From positions 2,560,001 through 2,624,000 of the forward strand of contig OZ271854.1 in assembly GCA_965601925.1 (NCBI GenBank): 64,000 nucleotides of DNA, read 5' to 3'. Of this stretch, positions 31,988-41,184 are shown piece after piece. The position numbers and the translations under genes were made by a program. The stretch is from Alkalispirochaeta sp. GTDB lineage: Bacteria > Spirochaetota > Spirochaetia > DSM-27196 > Alkalispirochaetaceae. The notes beneath the pieces were generated by a model. It was not told the origin of the DNA. It saw only the letters and a list, made by a program, of their open reading frames with translations, and did no database searches. Positions within the stretch are counted from its first letter, which is position 1. The number at the start of each line of letters is the position of its first letter.

Positions 31988-32866
31988 GTGGCGATTGTGG
32001 TGGTGGAGCTCCGCGACGGCCGGCGCACCGAGGTAGATAGTTCGTTCGGCACCCTCGCCGATGCGGGGGCCGAGGAGCCGGAAAACGGCGTCTATCTCGT
32101 CGCTCGTACGTATGAACGCGACAAAGTCCTCGAGTTGGATCGACACTTCGATCGTGTCGAGCGTTCGGCGGCTGAACTCGGGGTCGCGTTGCGGGTACCC
32201 AGGCACCGTCTGCGACGCGAACTCTCCGCTATGTTGGAGACGCTACGCGGCGCCGAGGACGGGACCGTCGACGGTCGGTTTCGCGTTACGGCGGTACTCG
32301 ACGACCGACCGTGGTATCGTCTCTCGGTGGAACGAGCCCACGCGGTTTCCGAGGAGATCATCGCCCGCGGCGCTGAGTGCGCGATAGTGCACGGGCTTAT
32401 ACGCCGCCGAGCGCACGTTAAGAGTACGGCGTGGCTCGCCGGGCGACGTCGTCTATCGGCCGGGGCCGAGTTCCACAACGGAGGCCTCGGGCCGCCTTTC
32501 GAGTATCTACTGGTCGACGCGGGCGGACGTATTTTGGAAGGGGCGAGCTCCAACTTCTACGCCGTCGTGGGAGATACGCTCTACACGGCCGCGGAGGGTA
32601 TGTTGGAAGGCACCGTACGCCGTACCGTTTTGCAGGTCGCGGAGGCGATGGGGCCGGCGCTCACGGTCAAGATGGAACCTATTGCGGAGTCGGATCTCGA
32701 CGATGGGACGGTCGACGAGGCGTTTCTTACGTCCTCAACACGCGGCGTCGTGCCGATCCGCAGTATCGGTCCCCATATACTTGGAGAGCCCGGGCCGTGG
32801 ACCGGGCGCATCGCACAGGCGTACCGGCGTGAGCTTGTCGATCATTTGGAACCCCTGGTTCCGTAG
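31988..32866 (+). CDS. PLP fold-type IV aminotransferase/lyase (IlvE/PabC-like)
   Basis: HFDRVERSA, HVKS, EGASSNF, LEGTVR and EAFLTSSTRG motifs. Confidence 0.85.
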   Translation: MAIVVVELRDGRRTEVDSSFGTLADAGAEEPENGVYLVARTYERDKVLELDRHFDRVERSAAELGVALRVPRHRLRRELSAMLETLRGAEDGTVDGRFRVTAVLDDRPWYRLSVERAHAVSEEIIARGAECAIVHGLIRRRAHVKSTAWLAGRRRLSAGAEFHNGGLGPPFEYLLVDAGGRILEGASSNFYAVVGDTLYTAAEGMLEGTVRRTVLQVAEAMGPALTVKMEPIAESDLDDGTVDEAFLTSSTRGVVPIRSIGPHILGEPGPWTGRIAQAYRRELVDHLEPLVP

Positions 32867-32949
32867 TACGTCGGTCCGCGGGCCGCGTTTCATCGCAACG
32901 TGACAAATCAAGTCTTGTCCGGACGCCTTCACTAAAGTATTATTGCAGC

Positions 32950-34017
32950 GTGAGTTGCTACACTTGTGATATCATCTCCCGTATCGCACCCGGTACGCGC
33001 GCGACGATACATTTCAGCACAATGTTCGATTATTTTGCTGCCGAGGTGGCGACCGTTCTGGAAGACTACGGATTGGATGTGCGTCGCGAGCCGCCGTTTT
33101 TCAGTATCGTCACCGACAATGTCGGAGACACCCTCACGAGACTGTATCTCGACGACCGGTTCTGTCCCTCGGAGAGGAATACGATTAGCCTGGTGGTTCT
33201 CAGCGGGGATGACGCCTTTGATGAGACCACGAGGCAGTTCATGCGGCCCTTGGCGCAGTGGTATCGCATCGTGAGCGGCGCCGATCTTACTGAGATCATT
33301 GGGAAAAGGGCCCTTCGCGTGTTGTTCCAACCGATTATTCGGCTGAAAGAGCGCTCGGTGTTCGGATACGAATGTCTGTCGCAGGGTGTTCACCGCGACG
33401 GTACCGTCGTTCCTCACGGCAGCCTCTACGCGAAGGCCGCCGAACACAGCCTTCTGTTCAATTTGGATCGGGTGATGAGAGAAAACGCGTTGATCGAGGC
33501 GGAGCGGCACGGGGCGGAGGGACACCTATGCGTCGATTTCACGCCCAAGGCGATTTATGATCCCGAGTTTTGTCTCCATACGACGATGGCGGCGATCGAG
33601 TCGACCGCTATCGACCCCACACGAATCGTATTCGAAGTCATGGAATCGGGAACGCTTGAGGATATCGAGCTTGTTGAGCGCATCATCGCGTTCTGTAGGT
33701 CACGCGGACTCAAGATAGCGCTGGACGACGTCGGAGACAGTTATCCGTTGCTTCCGTCCATGGCCCGCCTACGACCGGATATCCTCAAGCTCGACGAGCG
33801 ACTCATTCGCGATATCGACCGCGATGGCGAGAAACAGGCGCGCTTCGCAACCCTCTGCGACCTCGCCCGGGATAACGACATTACTATCCTCGCCGAGGGC
33901 GTCGAGACGGCCGGAGAGATGACCTTCCTCACCGACCACGAGGTCGATTTGGTGCAAGGTTCTTATTTCTCCGAACCGCGGGAAGAGGCGCACTACGACG
34001 TCCCGGCGGGGCGTTAG
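32950..34017 (+). CDS. EAL-domain c-di-GMP phosphodiesterase-like protein
   Basis: FQPI, GYECL, FEVME, LDDVG, KLD, AEGVET and QG motifs. Confidence 0.88.
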   Translation: MSCYTCDIISRIAPGTRATIHFSTMFDYFAAEVATVLEDYGLDVRREPPFFSIVTDNVGDTLTRLYLDDRFCPSERNTISLVVLSGDDAFDETTRQFMRPLAQWYRIVSGADLTEIIGKRALRVLFQPIIRLKERSVFGYECLSQGVHRDGTVVPHGSLYAKAAEHSLLFNLDRVMRENALIEAERHGAEGHLCVDFTPKAIYDPEFCLHTTMAAIESTAIDPTRIVFEVMESGTLEDIELVERIIAFCRSRGLKIALDDVGDSYPLLPSMARLRPDILKLDERLIRDIDRDGEKQARFATLCDLARDNDITILAEGVETAGEMTFLTDHEVDLVQGSYFSEPREEAHYDVPAGR

Positions 34018-34021
34018 CGGG

Positions 34022-34465
34022 TCATCTTCTTGTCCAGGATCTTATCGATTTCGATCTCTTAGGTGAGGAACCGACCGCTCGATGAGACGCTGTTGATAAT
34101 CCCCGGTACCGACGTACGACGTCCCGTCTCTCGCAAGTCGATTTTTATACGAGTGTGAGCGGAATGGCACGTTCCCCGGCGGCGTCGGTGAGTGCGGTGT
34201 TGTTCCCGTAACCGGTACAGGGACGTAGTCCGAGTAGTATACGACGAGCCCGTCGGTGGTCTCGCACCGATCGCTTCGACGTCGTGCTCACACTCCGTCC
34301 GGAGTGCCTTTCGCCGTCTCTGTCCCTTGTAACGGCCGAGACCCAAAAGCAGTTGATGAGCATGTGCCTCGCCGCCTCAACGGGAGGCCGCGAAGCGTCG
34401 GCCGGCACGCACTCGATGATGACCGTGCCGCCAACATCGACCTTTTTGAACCGATAGCCGGCCCG
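34022..34465 (-). pseudogene. Frameshifted remnant of a YoaP-like GNAT acetyltransferase
   Basis: Fragments in different frames: FKKVDVGGTVIIECVPA...INCFWVS / GRYKGQ...ECEHD / GLVVYYSD / GRFLT*E. Confidence 0.6.
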
Positions 34466-34489
34466 TATTGAGGACGGAGGAGCGCTTGA

Positions 34490-35209
34490 TCAATGGTGCG
34501 GTTTCGAAGTTCGCCTCTGCGCGGACGACGTATCGCCGTCGGCCTCCAGACCGGTGACCATGAACAGCTCCGCGAGAATCGTGGCGGTCGCGCCCCATAC
34601 GATATCGTCGCCCGCGAGATAACTCGGCGCCTCCAGTGTGTAGCCGCGGACGTGCACGGTGCGTGTGGCGCGGCTTGTCGCAAGGGTACGCAGCGGCGCG
34701 CGAAGTATTCGCAATACCTCCGAAGGTTGGGGCGAGAGCCGGTCCCAGAAGCTGCATTCGGTCGGCGCGTCGCGCCACGCCACCACCGGGGTAACGAGAA
34801 AGTTGCTCACGTCGATGTAGAGTGGACTCAGCGTGCCCAATACTTCGATTCCGCTTGCCGGGAGTCCGATCTCCTCGCGCGCTTCGCGGAGGGCCGTCGC
34901 CGCGGCGTCACGGTCGCCCGGCTCGTACCGGCCTCCGGGAAGGGAGATCTGAAGTGCGTGCGGCCCTCCGTCGTCCGTACGCTGAATGAGCGGAATCTCC
35001 GGAGTGCCGTCGGTGAACGACGGCACAAGAAGGATGAGAACGGCGCTACACCGGGGCTCGACCCCATGTCGAGGAGAAATGTCGCGCCCGGCAACCCTCG
35101 GCACCATACGACGGTGCGCCCGTTCCCCGGGAAGGGGCGCGCGGAGTATCTCGGCGAGCGCATCGGGACGCAATGTATCTACCGCGTCCGCGTACCGGTT
35201 TTCATCCAT
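34490..35209 (-). CDS. Nudix hydrolase, CoA pyrophosphatase (NudL-like)
   Basis: SAVLILL, QISLPGG-x6-D...ALREAREEIG and IVWGATA motifs; ATG 35209 follows TGGTACGGT. Confidence 0.9.
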   Translation of the reverse strand: MDENRYADAVDTLRPDALAEILRAPLPGERAHRRMVPRVAGRDISPRHGVEPRCSAVLILLVPSFTDGTPEIPLIQRTDDGGPHALQISLPGGRYEPGDRDAAATALREAREEIGLPASGIEVLGTLSPLYIDVSNFLVTPVVAWRDAPTECSFWDRLSPQPSEVLRILRAPLRTLATSRATRTVHVRGYTLEAPSYLAGDDIVWGATATILAELFMVTGLEADGDTSSAQRRTSKPHH

Positions 35210-35297
35210 CGGGAGACCGTACCACGATCGCGGCGGCGACGGCGAGCTTCCACCGCCCGACATGTCGGCACCGCGGCGTCGATGCGTTCGTCCCACC

Positions 35298-36218
35298 TCA
35301 GCGGCCCGTGTGCTTCAAGAAGTCCCCCCGTTGCAACTCCTCAAAGGCTTGGCGCAGTTCCTCTTGCGTATTCATGACGATCGGGCCGTGCCACGCCACC
35401 GGTTCTCGGAGGGGCTCTCCGGATATCAGGAGAAATCGTATGCCCTCTTCTCCCGCGCGAACGCGAATCTCGTCGCCGGTATCGAAGAGTACAAGGGTGC
35501 GATTCTCAGCCGGGTGGGCGGGCATTGCGTCGGTAGTACCGGACTCGTCGACGTACTCGGTCGGAGCGAGGCGCGGCGAGGAGGCGCCGCGAAAGGTGCC
35601 CGATCCGGCAAAGACGTAGGCGAATGCGTTACGGTTGGTCTCTACCCGGATCGTGCGCTCGCGGTGGGGCGGGACCGAAATGTCGAGATATCGCGGGTTG
35701 GCCGCGATTCCCTCGACCGGGCCCACCTTGCCCCAGAACTCTCCGGTCACGACGCGCACTCGCGTTCCATCGTCCTCGGTCACCTCGGGAATTTCGCCGG
35801 CGGGGATGTCCTGGTAGCGCGGGTTCACCATCTTCTTGTCCGCCGGAAGGTTGGCCCACAACTGGAAGCCGTGCATTCGCCCCGCCGTATCGCCCCGGGG
35901 CATCTCCTGATGAACGATGCCGCTTCCGGCGGTCATCCACTGGACGTCCCCGGAACCCAGCGAGCCGCGATTGCCGAGACTGTCGCCGTGCTCGACCGTG
36001 CCTGCCAGGACGTAGGTGATGGTCTCGATACCGCGGTGAGGATGCCAGGGAAAGCCGTTGATGTATCGCGCGGGATCGTCGTTGCGAAAGTCGTCGAACA
36101 GGAGAAAGGGGTCGGTCTCGCTCGAATCGCCGAACCCGAACGCCCTGTGGAGGCTCACCCCGGCTCCTTCGATCGTGGGGCTTGCGCTCACTTGCCGTCT
36201 AACGGGACGCATCGACAT
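35298..36218 (-). CDS. Pirin-family protein
   Basis: DPFLLFD, GFPWHPHRGIETITY, QWMTAGSGIVHQE and GPIVMNT motifs; AAGGAGG RBS. Confidence 0.95.
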   Translation of the reverse strand: MSMRPVRRQVSASPTIEGAGVSLHRAFGFGDSSETDPFLLFDDFRNDDPARYINGFPWHPHRGIETITYVLAGTVEHGDSLGNRGSLGSGDVQWMTAGSGIVHQEMPRGDTAGRMHGFQLWANLPADKKMVNPRYQDIPAGEIPEVTEDDGTRVRVVTGEFWGKVGPVEGIAANPRYLDISVPPHRERTIRVETNRNAFAYVFAGSGTFRGASSPRLAPTEYVDESGTTDAMPAHPAENRTLVLFDTGDEIRVRAGEEGIRFLLISGEPLREPVAWHGPIVMNTQEELRQAFEELQRGDFLKHTGR

Positions 36219-36393
36219 ATGCTCCTCCTTGGAACGCTGGTGCATATCTCGTTCAATGTTGAACTAAAGATCGTAAAATAGTGCGCCGCCGTCAAGCAGA
36301 TACGACCAGATCGTCTGTCATACCATTAGATCCGACAACTATCGCGGGTGAGTGACGTCGGTGCGCGGTTTGTAGAGTATCGGCGCGCCGCCT

Positions 36394-36693
36394 TCAACGG
36401 CGGTAGGACGCGATTACGGTGTAGCCGTCGACCGAGGAGTCGTAGAAGCGCCGCTTCACCTCGATGTATGCTGCATCGCTGAAGAACGATGTGCTCGCTT
36501 CCTCGTCCGAGAAGTATATGGCGAACAGACGGTTCACGGGGTGCGACGACTCGTTGGTGTATGTCCGGCTTACCTCGAAATCGTATCTGAATCCGCCACC
36601 GTATTTCTCAAGGATCGGTCGCATTTCGCGTCGATAGCTCGCATACACTTCGGGGTCGGTAACGTTCATGGCCACGACCATTTCATATGCCAT
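36394..36693 (-). CDS. DUF1330-family protein
   Basis: VTDPEVYASY...ILEKYGG and F.D.AY.EVK pattern; 99 aa. Confidence 0.75.
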   Translation of the reverse strand: MAYEMVVAMNVTDPEVYASYRREMRPILEKYGGGFRYDFEVSRTYTNESSHPVNRLFAIYFSDEEASTSFFSDAAYIEVKRRFYDSSVDGYTVIASYRR

Positions 36694-36758
36694 TATCACT
36701 CCCCTTGGCGGTTTACGGTTCGCTCTTTCTTCACCTAAGCGTGTTTCAAGTATCTCTC

Positions 36759-36949
36759 GGTATTTCCTCCGGAGATACCCGGGACGGCTGCGCACGCTCT
36801 CGCTGTTTCTGGCAAAACAGCTGTCGCATGCTTGCGTTTCGGTATTTCCTCCGGAAATACCCCGGACCGTGGCGATCGCTTTCGCTGTTTCTGTAGAAAC
36901 AGCTGTCGCGATCTGGGGTTTCCGGGTATTTGCTTCGCAAATACCCCGG
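36759..36949. repeat. tRNA-linked tandem repeat, ~82-84 bp unit, ~2.3 copies, five palindromes
   Basis: GGTATTT...A(G/A)ATACC palindromes at 36759, 36841 and 36925 alternate with GCTGTTT...AAACAGC at 36802 and 36884. Confidence 0.85.
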
Positions 36950-37015
36950 ACCCGATTCGAACGGGTGACCTACTGCTTAGGAGGCAGTTGCTCTATCCTG
37001 CTGAGCTACCGGGGC
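36942..37015 (-). tRNA. tRNA-Arg (anticodon CCU)
   Basis: GCCCCGG acceptor stem, TAGCTCAG..GGATAGAGC D-arm, ACTGC-CT CCT AA-GCAGT anticodon arm, GTTCGAATC T-loop; CCA not encoded. Confidence 0.95.
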
Positions 37016-37166
37016 GTTGGTGCCGAGGCGCGTGTACGCACGATCATCTCGGTGGGGGAAGTGTAGGGGGCGTGCCGACGACTGTCAATCTCGCCCGTGA
37101 ATATCGAATTCTCATTACCCAGGTGTTACACTTTAGCTCGTGTTGCGTAGCCTGAGGAGGTTTACG

Positions 37167-38180
37167 ATGAAAAGAAAAGTATGTATTGCAATGGCGGCGA
37201 TCGCCCTTGTCGCGACCGCGCACGTCTCGGCGCAGTCGACGATTAACAGCTTGGAGTCGTTTCGGGACGGGTTCCAGGATTTTTCCGATGAGTTTGCCCG
37301 CTCCCTGCCGATGAACGCCAACATCGGACTCAATTGGTCCGACGCGTATATCGGGCAGCTTTTTCCGATACCTAGTTTCGGTGTCGGCGTTACCACCGGC
37401 GTTACCACCATTCCGTCGTCGGTCTTCGACGATCTCGCCGACGATCTGGGTATCACCGTCTCCGGTGGTATCGACGATCTGCCGTCTATCGGTGTGCCGC
37501 TGCCGGGATACTCCTTCGAGGCGCGCGTGGGCGGAATCGTTTTCCCCTTCGATGTGGGGTTCAAGTTCGGCACGATCGGAGCTATCGATCTCGGAGACGT
37601 CGAGGCGGAGTATACGAACTTCGGTATCGACGTGCGCTACGCCGTGCTGGACGGGGGCATCTTGCCCAAGGTGTCGGTCGGCGTCGGCTATAGCTATTTG
37701 GCGGGGCGCGTGGCCACCCCCCTCGGCGCCGGTACCACGACGATCGAGGGCGTCTCCGACGGTACCGACACCTACAATCTCCAGCTGAGCGACCCGGAGT
37801 TGGAGTTCGACTGGACCTCCAACGTCTTCGACTTCACCGTGCAGGCGAGCAAAAGCTTTCTCGTCGTCGAGCCCCACATCGGTATCGGGGCGGCGATCGG
37901 CGCCTCCTCGACCGACTCCGGGCTTAGCTCCGAGGTCTCCGTCGTCGATGAAAACGGCGATCCGGTCGCCGGCGTATCGGTGAACGATATCGAGTCGATC
38001 TCGGGTGTCGACATCTCGTCGACCGGGGTCAGCCTCGGCAGCGATGTGACGACCTTTTCGGTGCGCGTCTTCGGGGGAACGTCGTTCAACATCACCGTGT
38101 TTCGACTCGACCTCGGCCTCATGTACAACTTCACTTCAGGTTCCATGGGCGGCACGCTCGGCGCGCGCTTCCAGATATAG
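37167..38180 (+). CDS. Putative outer-membrane beta-barrel protein
   Basis: Signal peptide (AHVSA-Q), alternating amphipathic strands, C-terminal GARFQI; GAGGAGG RBS. Confidence 0.7.
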   Translation: MKRKVCIAMAAIALVATAHVSAQSTINSLESFRDGFQDFSDEFARSLPMNANIGLNWSDAYIGQLFPIPSFGVGVTTGVTTIPSSVFDDLADDLGITVSGGIDDLPSIGVPLPGYSFEARVGGIVFPFDVGFKFGTIGAIDLGDVEAEYTNFGIDVRYAVLDGGILPKVSVGVGYSYLAGRVATPLGAGTTTIEGVSDGTDTYNLQLSDPELEFDWTSNVFDFTVQASKSFLVVEPHIGIGAAIGASSTDSGLSSEVSVVDENGDPVAGVSVNDIESISGVDISSTGVSLGSDVTTFSVRVFGGTSFNITVFRLDLGLMYNFTSGSMGGTLGARFQI

Positions 38181-38261
38181 CGCGTTTCATCCTCCGGGGA
38201 GCGTAGCGTCGAGCGCTGCGCTCCCCTTGCCACGCGACGCGCCCGAAGCGACAATACGACC

Positions 38262-38762
38262 ATGATACGGCTTCTCATCACCGGCGGGACATTCGACAAG
38301 CACTACGATGCACTCAAAGGGGAGCTCACCTTCCAACGGACTCACCTTCCCGAGATTCTGGAGACGGTTCGCTGCACCGTGCCGATCGAGCTTGAAATCA
38401 TTCAATTGCTGGACAGTCTGGAGATGGGCGAGGACGATCGAGAGCGGATCGTTGCATCGTGTGAGCGCGCCCGAGAGCGGCATATTCTCATTACCCACGG
38501 CACCGATACCATGACCGTTACCGCCCGCCGGCTGCTCGCCGCCCACGACAAGGGCACGTTGGGCGAGAAGGCGATCGTGTTAACCGGCGCGATGGTGCCG
38601 TTCACCGTCACCGGATCGGACGCCCTCTTTAACCTCGGCGCGGCGATCCTAGCCGTCCAGATGCTCTCGGCAGGTGTGTATATCGTCATGCACGGGCGCC
38701 TCTTTCACGCCGGCTCCGTTACCAAGGATCGCGCCGTCGGACAGTTCGTAGAGACCGCCTAA
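38262..38762 (+). CDS. Short L-asparaginase-like protein (N-terminal catalytic domain only)
   Basis: TGGT, DS, HGTDT, LTGAM and SDALFN motifs. Confidence 0.85.
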   Translation: MIRLLITGGTFDKHYDALKGELTFQRTHLPEILETVRCTVPIELEIIQLLDSLEMGEDDRERIVASCERARERHILITHGTDTMTVTARRLLAAHDKGTLGEKAIVLTGAMVPFTVTGSDALFNLGAAILAVQMLSAGVYIVMHGRLFHAGSVTKDRAVGQFVETA

Positions 38763-38806
38763 CCCGTCACACGTACCACCAATCGAACATTTCCACGTGA
38801 ATCTCC

Positions 38807-38862
38807 TTGACGCGTATCGATTGCTGCGTTATTGTATCAGTGTACTACTTAGATAGTACACT
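38807..38862 (+). promoter_or_regulatory. Promoter with YtrA-type GntR operator
   Basis: TTGACG-17-TATTGT followed by perfect inverted repeat AGTGTACTA-N6-TAGTACACT (38839-38862). Confidence 0.8.
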
Positions 38863-38889
38863 AGTTAAATGAATATGAGGAGGTACGGA

Positions 38890-39750
38890 ATGGTACGATT
38901 GACGGATGTGCATTTTGCCTATCCGAAAAAGAAGCCGCTGTTCGACGCGGTCACGTTCGACGTCCAACGGGGCGGTATCGTCGGACTGCTCGGTAAAAAC
39001 GGCGCCGGCAAAACGACGCTTCTCAAGCTGAGTGCCGGTCTGCTCTTTGCTCAGGACGGTACGGCGACGCTCTTCGACGTCCCTGCCGAGCGTCGCCTCC
39101 CGTCGGTGTTGAGTCGCATCGCCTTTGTGCCGGAACAGTTCGACGTCCCGTCGATACGTATGCGAAGCTACATTCAAAGTCTGGCGGGGTATTATCCGCG
39201 GTTCGACGAGCAGTTTATGGAGCGCTGCCTGCAGCGTTTCGAGATTGTCGGGAGCGAACGGTTGAACGAACTCTCCCACGGCCAGCAGAAGAAGGTCCTG
39301 CTCTCGTTCGCGCTGGCGACCATGGCGGAGTTGGTGATCCTCGACGAGCCGACGAACGGGCTCGATATTCCCTCGAAGCGAATCTTCCGCCAGTTAACCG
39401 CCGAGGCGGCCGGCGACGATCGCGCGGTCATCATCTCCACCCACCAGGTGCGGGATGTCGAGAATCTCATCGATCCGATCGTCGTCCTTGACGACGGAAA
39501 GGTCGTCTTCCAAGCCGGTATGGGGCAGATTCAAGACTCGGTTGAGATGCGACGGTTCGATACCGAGGTGGCCGCCGCTCATGCCGGCGCCTTTGCCATG
39601 GATACGCACCTGGGTAGCTCGATCGCCCTCGTGCGTAGGGACGTCGACGAGGGAGAACCGGTGGGCGGCAATTTGGACCTGGAGTTGCTTTTTCAAGCGG
39701 CCGTCTCCAACCCCGAGGCGCTCGGAAGTGCGTGCGGAGGAGCGGTATGA
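38890..39750 (+). CDS. ABC transporter ATP-binding protein (YtrB/DrrA-like)
   Basis: GKNGAGKTT, LSHGQ, LDEPTNGLD and ISTH motifs; GAGGAGG RBS. Confidence 0.92.
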   Translation: MVRLTDVHFAYPKKKPLFDAVTFDVQRGGIVGLLGKNGAGKTTLLKLSAGLLFAQDGTATLFDVPAERRLPSVLSRIAFVPEQFDVPSIRMRSYIQSLAGYYPRFDEQFMERCLQRFEIVGSERLNELSHGQQKKVLLSFALATMAELVILDEPTNGLDIPSKRIFRQLTAEAAGDDRAVIISTHQVRDVENLIDPIVVLDDGKVVFQAGMGQIQDSVEMRRFDTEVAAAHAGAFAMDTHLGSSIALVRRDVDEGEPVGGNLDLELLFQAAVSNPEALGSACGGAV

Positions 39751-40571
39751 ATCGATTTGTCCATACGGTGCGGCACGAAGGGTCGTTGCAGTTTCGCAAT
39801 ATTCTCATCAGCTCTTCGGCCGTCGCCGGAACGATGATGCTGATCGCGCTCTTGGGGCTGCTGGGCGATGTCGAGGTGGCCAACCTGTGGCCCGGATACC
39901 GGGTAGCTATGCCGATCTTGGGGGTGCTGCTTACCTCCGGAACGTTCAGCGAGTTGCGCTCCCAGGGCCACAAAATCGAGTTCCTGTTGCGGCCGGCCAC
40001 GGTGTGGGAGAAGGTGGCGAGTAAGCTGTTGGTCTCTACCGTTTTTGTGTGGGTCGTGGTGACGCTGGCGTTCGTGCTCGCTTCAACCGTCGCCGCCGTC
40101 GCCTATCTGGTCGTCGCCCGCGGAGCTACCGTGGCGGAAGCCTTCTACGGCGCCTTTGCCGGCGGCCGTTGGTTTGCAGTCGTATGGGAGACCTTTCGGA
40201 GTTATCTCCCGGCGCATGCGATCTTCTTCTTCGGGTCGGCGTACTTTCAGAGGCGCTCGGCGGGACGGACGCTCCTGTCGGTGGTTGCGTGGGTCGGAAG
40301 CTACGCGGTTGCCGCGATCGTGACCGTACGAATCGCCTTCAACCGTTACTTCGGCTACGTCAATATGGATAACTCGGGCCCTCCGCCGCACGGCGAGTGG
40401 GGGTTCGATCTGGAGCTCCACAACGGGTTCGGGAGGAGCGACACGTTGTGGCACGAGGTTCTTCCGTGGTACGTACGCGACCCGGATGCTACGATGGTCG
40501 TCGTTTCGATAATCGTGGTAGCGGCGTTTTGGCTGCTCACCGTGCTCCGGTTGCGTGAGACGGAGGGATAA
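39747..40571 (+). CDS. ABC-2-type permease
   Basis: ~6 TM helices, LLRPATVWEK motif; ATGA overlap with the ATPase. Confidence 0.8.
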   Translation: MNRFVHTVRHEGSLQFRNILISSSAVAGTMMLIALLGLLGDVEVANLWPGYRVAMPILGVLLTSGTFSELRSQGHKIEFLLRPATVWEKVASKLLVSTVFVWVVVTLAFVLASTVAAVAYLVVARGATVAEAFYGAFAGGRWFAVVWETFRSYLPAHAIFFFGSAYFQRRSAGRTLLSVVAWVGSYAVAAIVTVRIAFNRYFGYVNMDNSGPPPHGEWGFDLELHNGFGRSDTLWHEVLPWYVRDPDATMVVVSIIVVAAFWLLTVLRLRETEG

Positions 40572-40572
40572 G

Positions 40573-40944
40573 ATGCGGTTCGACAGCAACCGATCGATCT
40601 ACGAGCAGATTGTAGATTACATCAAAAACCAGATTCTCGTCGGCCACTGGTCGCCGGGAGATCGCCTTCCGTCGGTCCGGGAGCTCGCCGTAGAGCTCGG
40701 CGTCAACCCCAATACCGTGCAACGCAGCTATACGCTGCTTCAAAGCGAGACGGTCGTCTTTAACCAACGCGGCGTCGGGTACTTCGTCGCCGACGACGGA
40801 CCGCATCGCGCCCGCGAGGGGCGACGGCGGCACTTTGAAGCGGAGACGCTTCCGCGCGTGTTCGAGACGATGCACGTCATCGGCTACAGCATGTCCGAGT
40901 TGGAGAGCGCCTGGGAGAAGTGGGAGAAGGGAGCCCAACGATGA
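40573..40944 (+). CDS. GntR-family (YtrA subfamily) regulator
   Basis: IYEQI, LPSVRELA, VNPNTVQRSY and RGVGYFV motifs; short C-terminus. Confidence 0.93.
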   Translation: MRFDSNRSIYEQIVDYIKNQILVGHWSPGDRLPSVRELAVELGVNPNTVQRSYTLLQSETVVFNQRGVGYFVADDGPHRAREGRRRHFEAETLPRVFETMHVIGYSMSELESAWEKWEKGAQR

Positions 40945-41060
40945 AAAAACGCACGAACACGATCCTCGTCGCCCTCTACGGGGCCGGGGCGCTGGTGATG
41001 ATCGCAACCATTCTCGTGATCCGATTTCGTCTCGATCGCGTTATCGAGATAACGGTATAA
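40941..41060 (+). CDS. Small single-TM peptide (39 aa)
   Basis: MKKRTNTILVALYGAGALVMIATILVIRFRLDRVIEITV; ATGA overlap with the gntR stop; lies before the terminator. Confidence 0.55.
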   Translation: MKKRTNTILVALYGAGALVMIATILVIRFRLDRVIEITV

Positions 41061-41066
41061 CATACC

Positions 41067-41093
41067 GGACCGCTCCGACCGGAGCGGTCTTTT
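41067..41093 (+). terminator. Rho-independent terminator
   Basis: GACCGCTCC-GACC-GGAGCGGTC-TTTT. Confidence 0.8.
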
Positions 41094-41184
41094 CATACAA
41101 GACCACAAATCTGCACCATTAGTATATTCTCCCTTGACTCCGTGCTATGATAGCGATCTATTTTATTTTTTAGAGGCAATAAAC

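Noticed and set aside
36759..36949. Possible CRISPR mini-array
   Set aside because: The intervening segments are ~20 nt and resemble each other (tandem duplication), two repeat types alternate, and there are no cas genes in the window
36942..37015. tRNA-anchored genomic island or prophage
   Set aside because: No integrase, phage genes or distant att repeat found in the window
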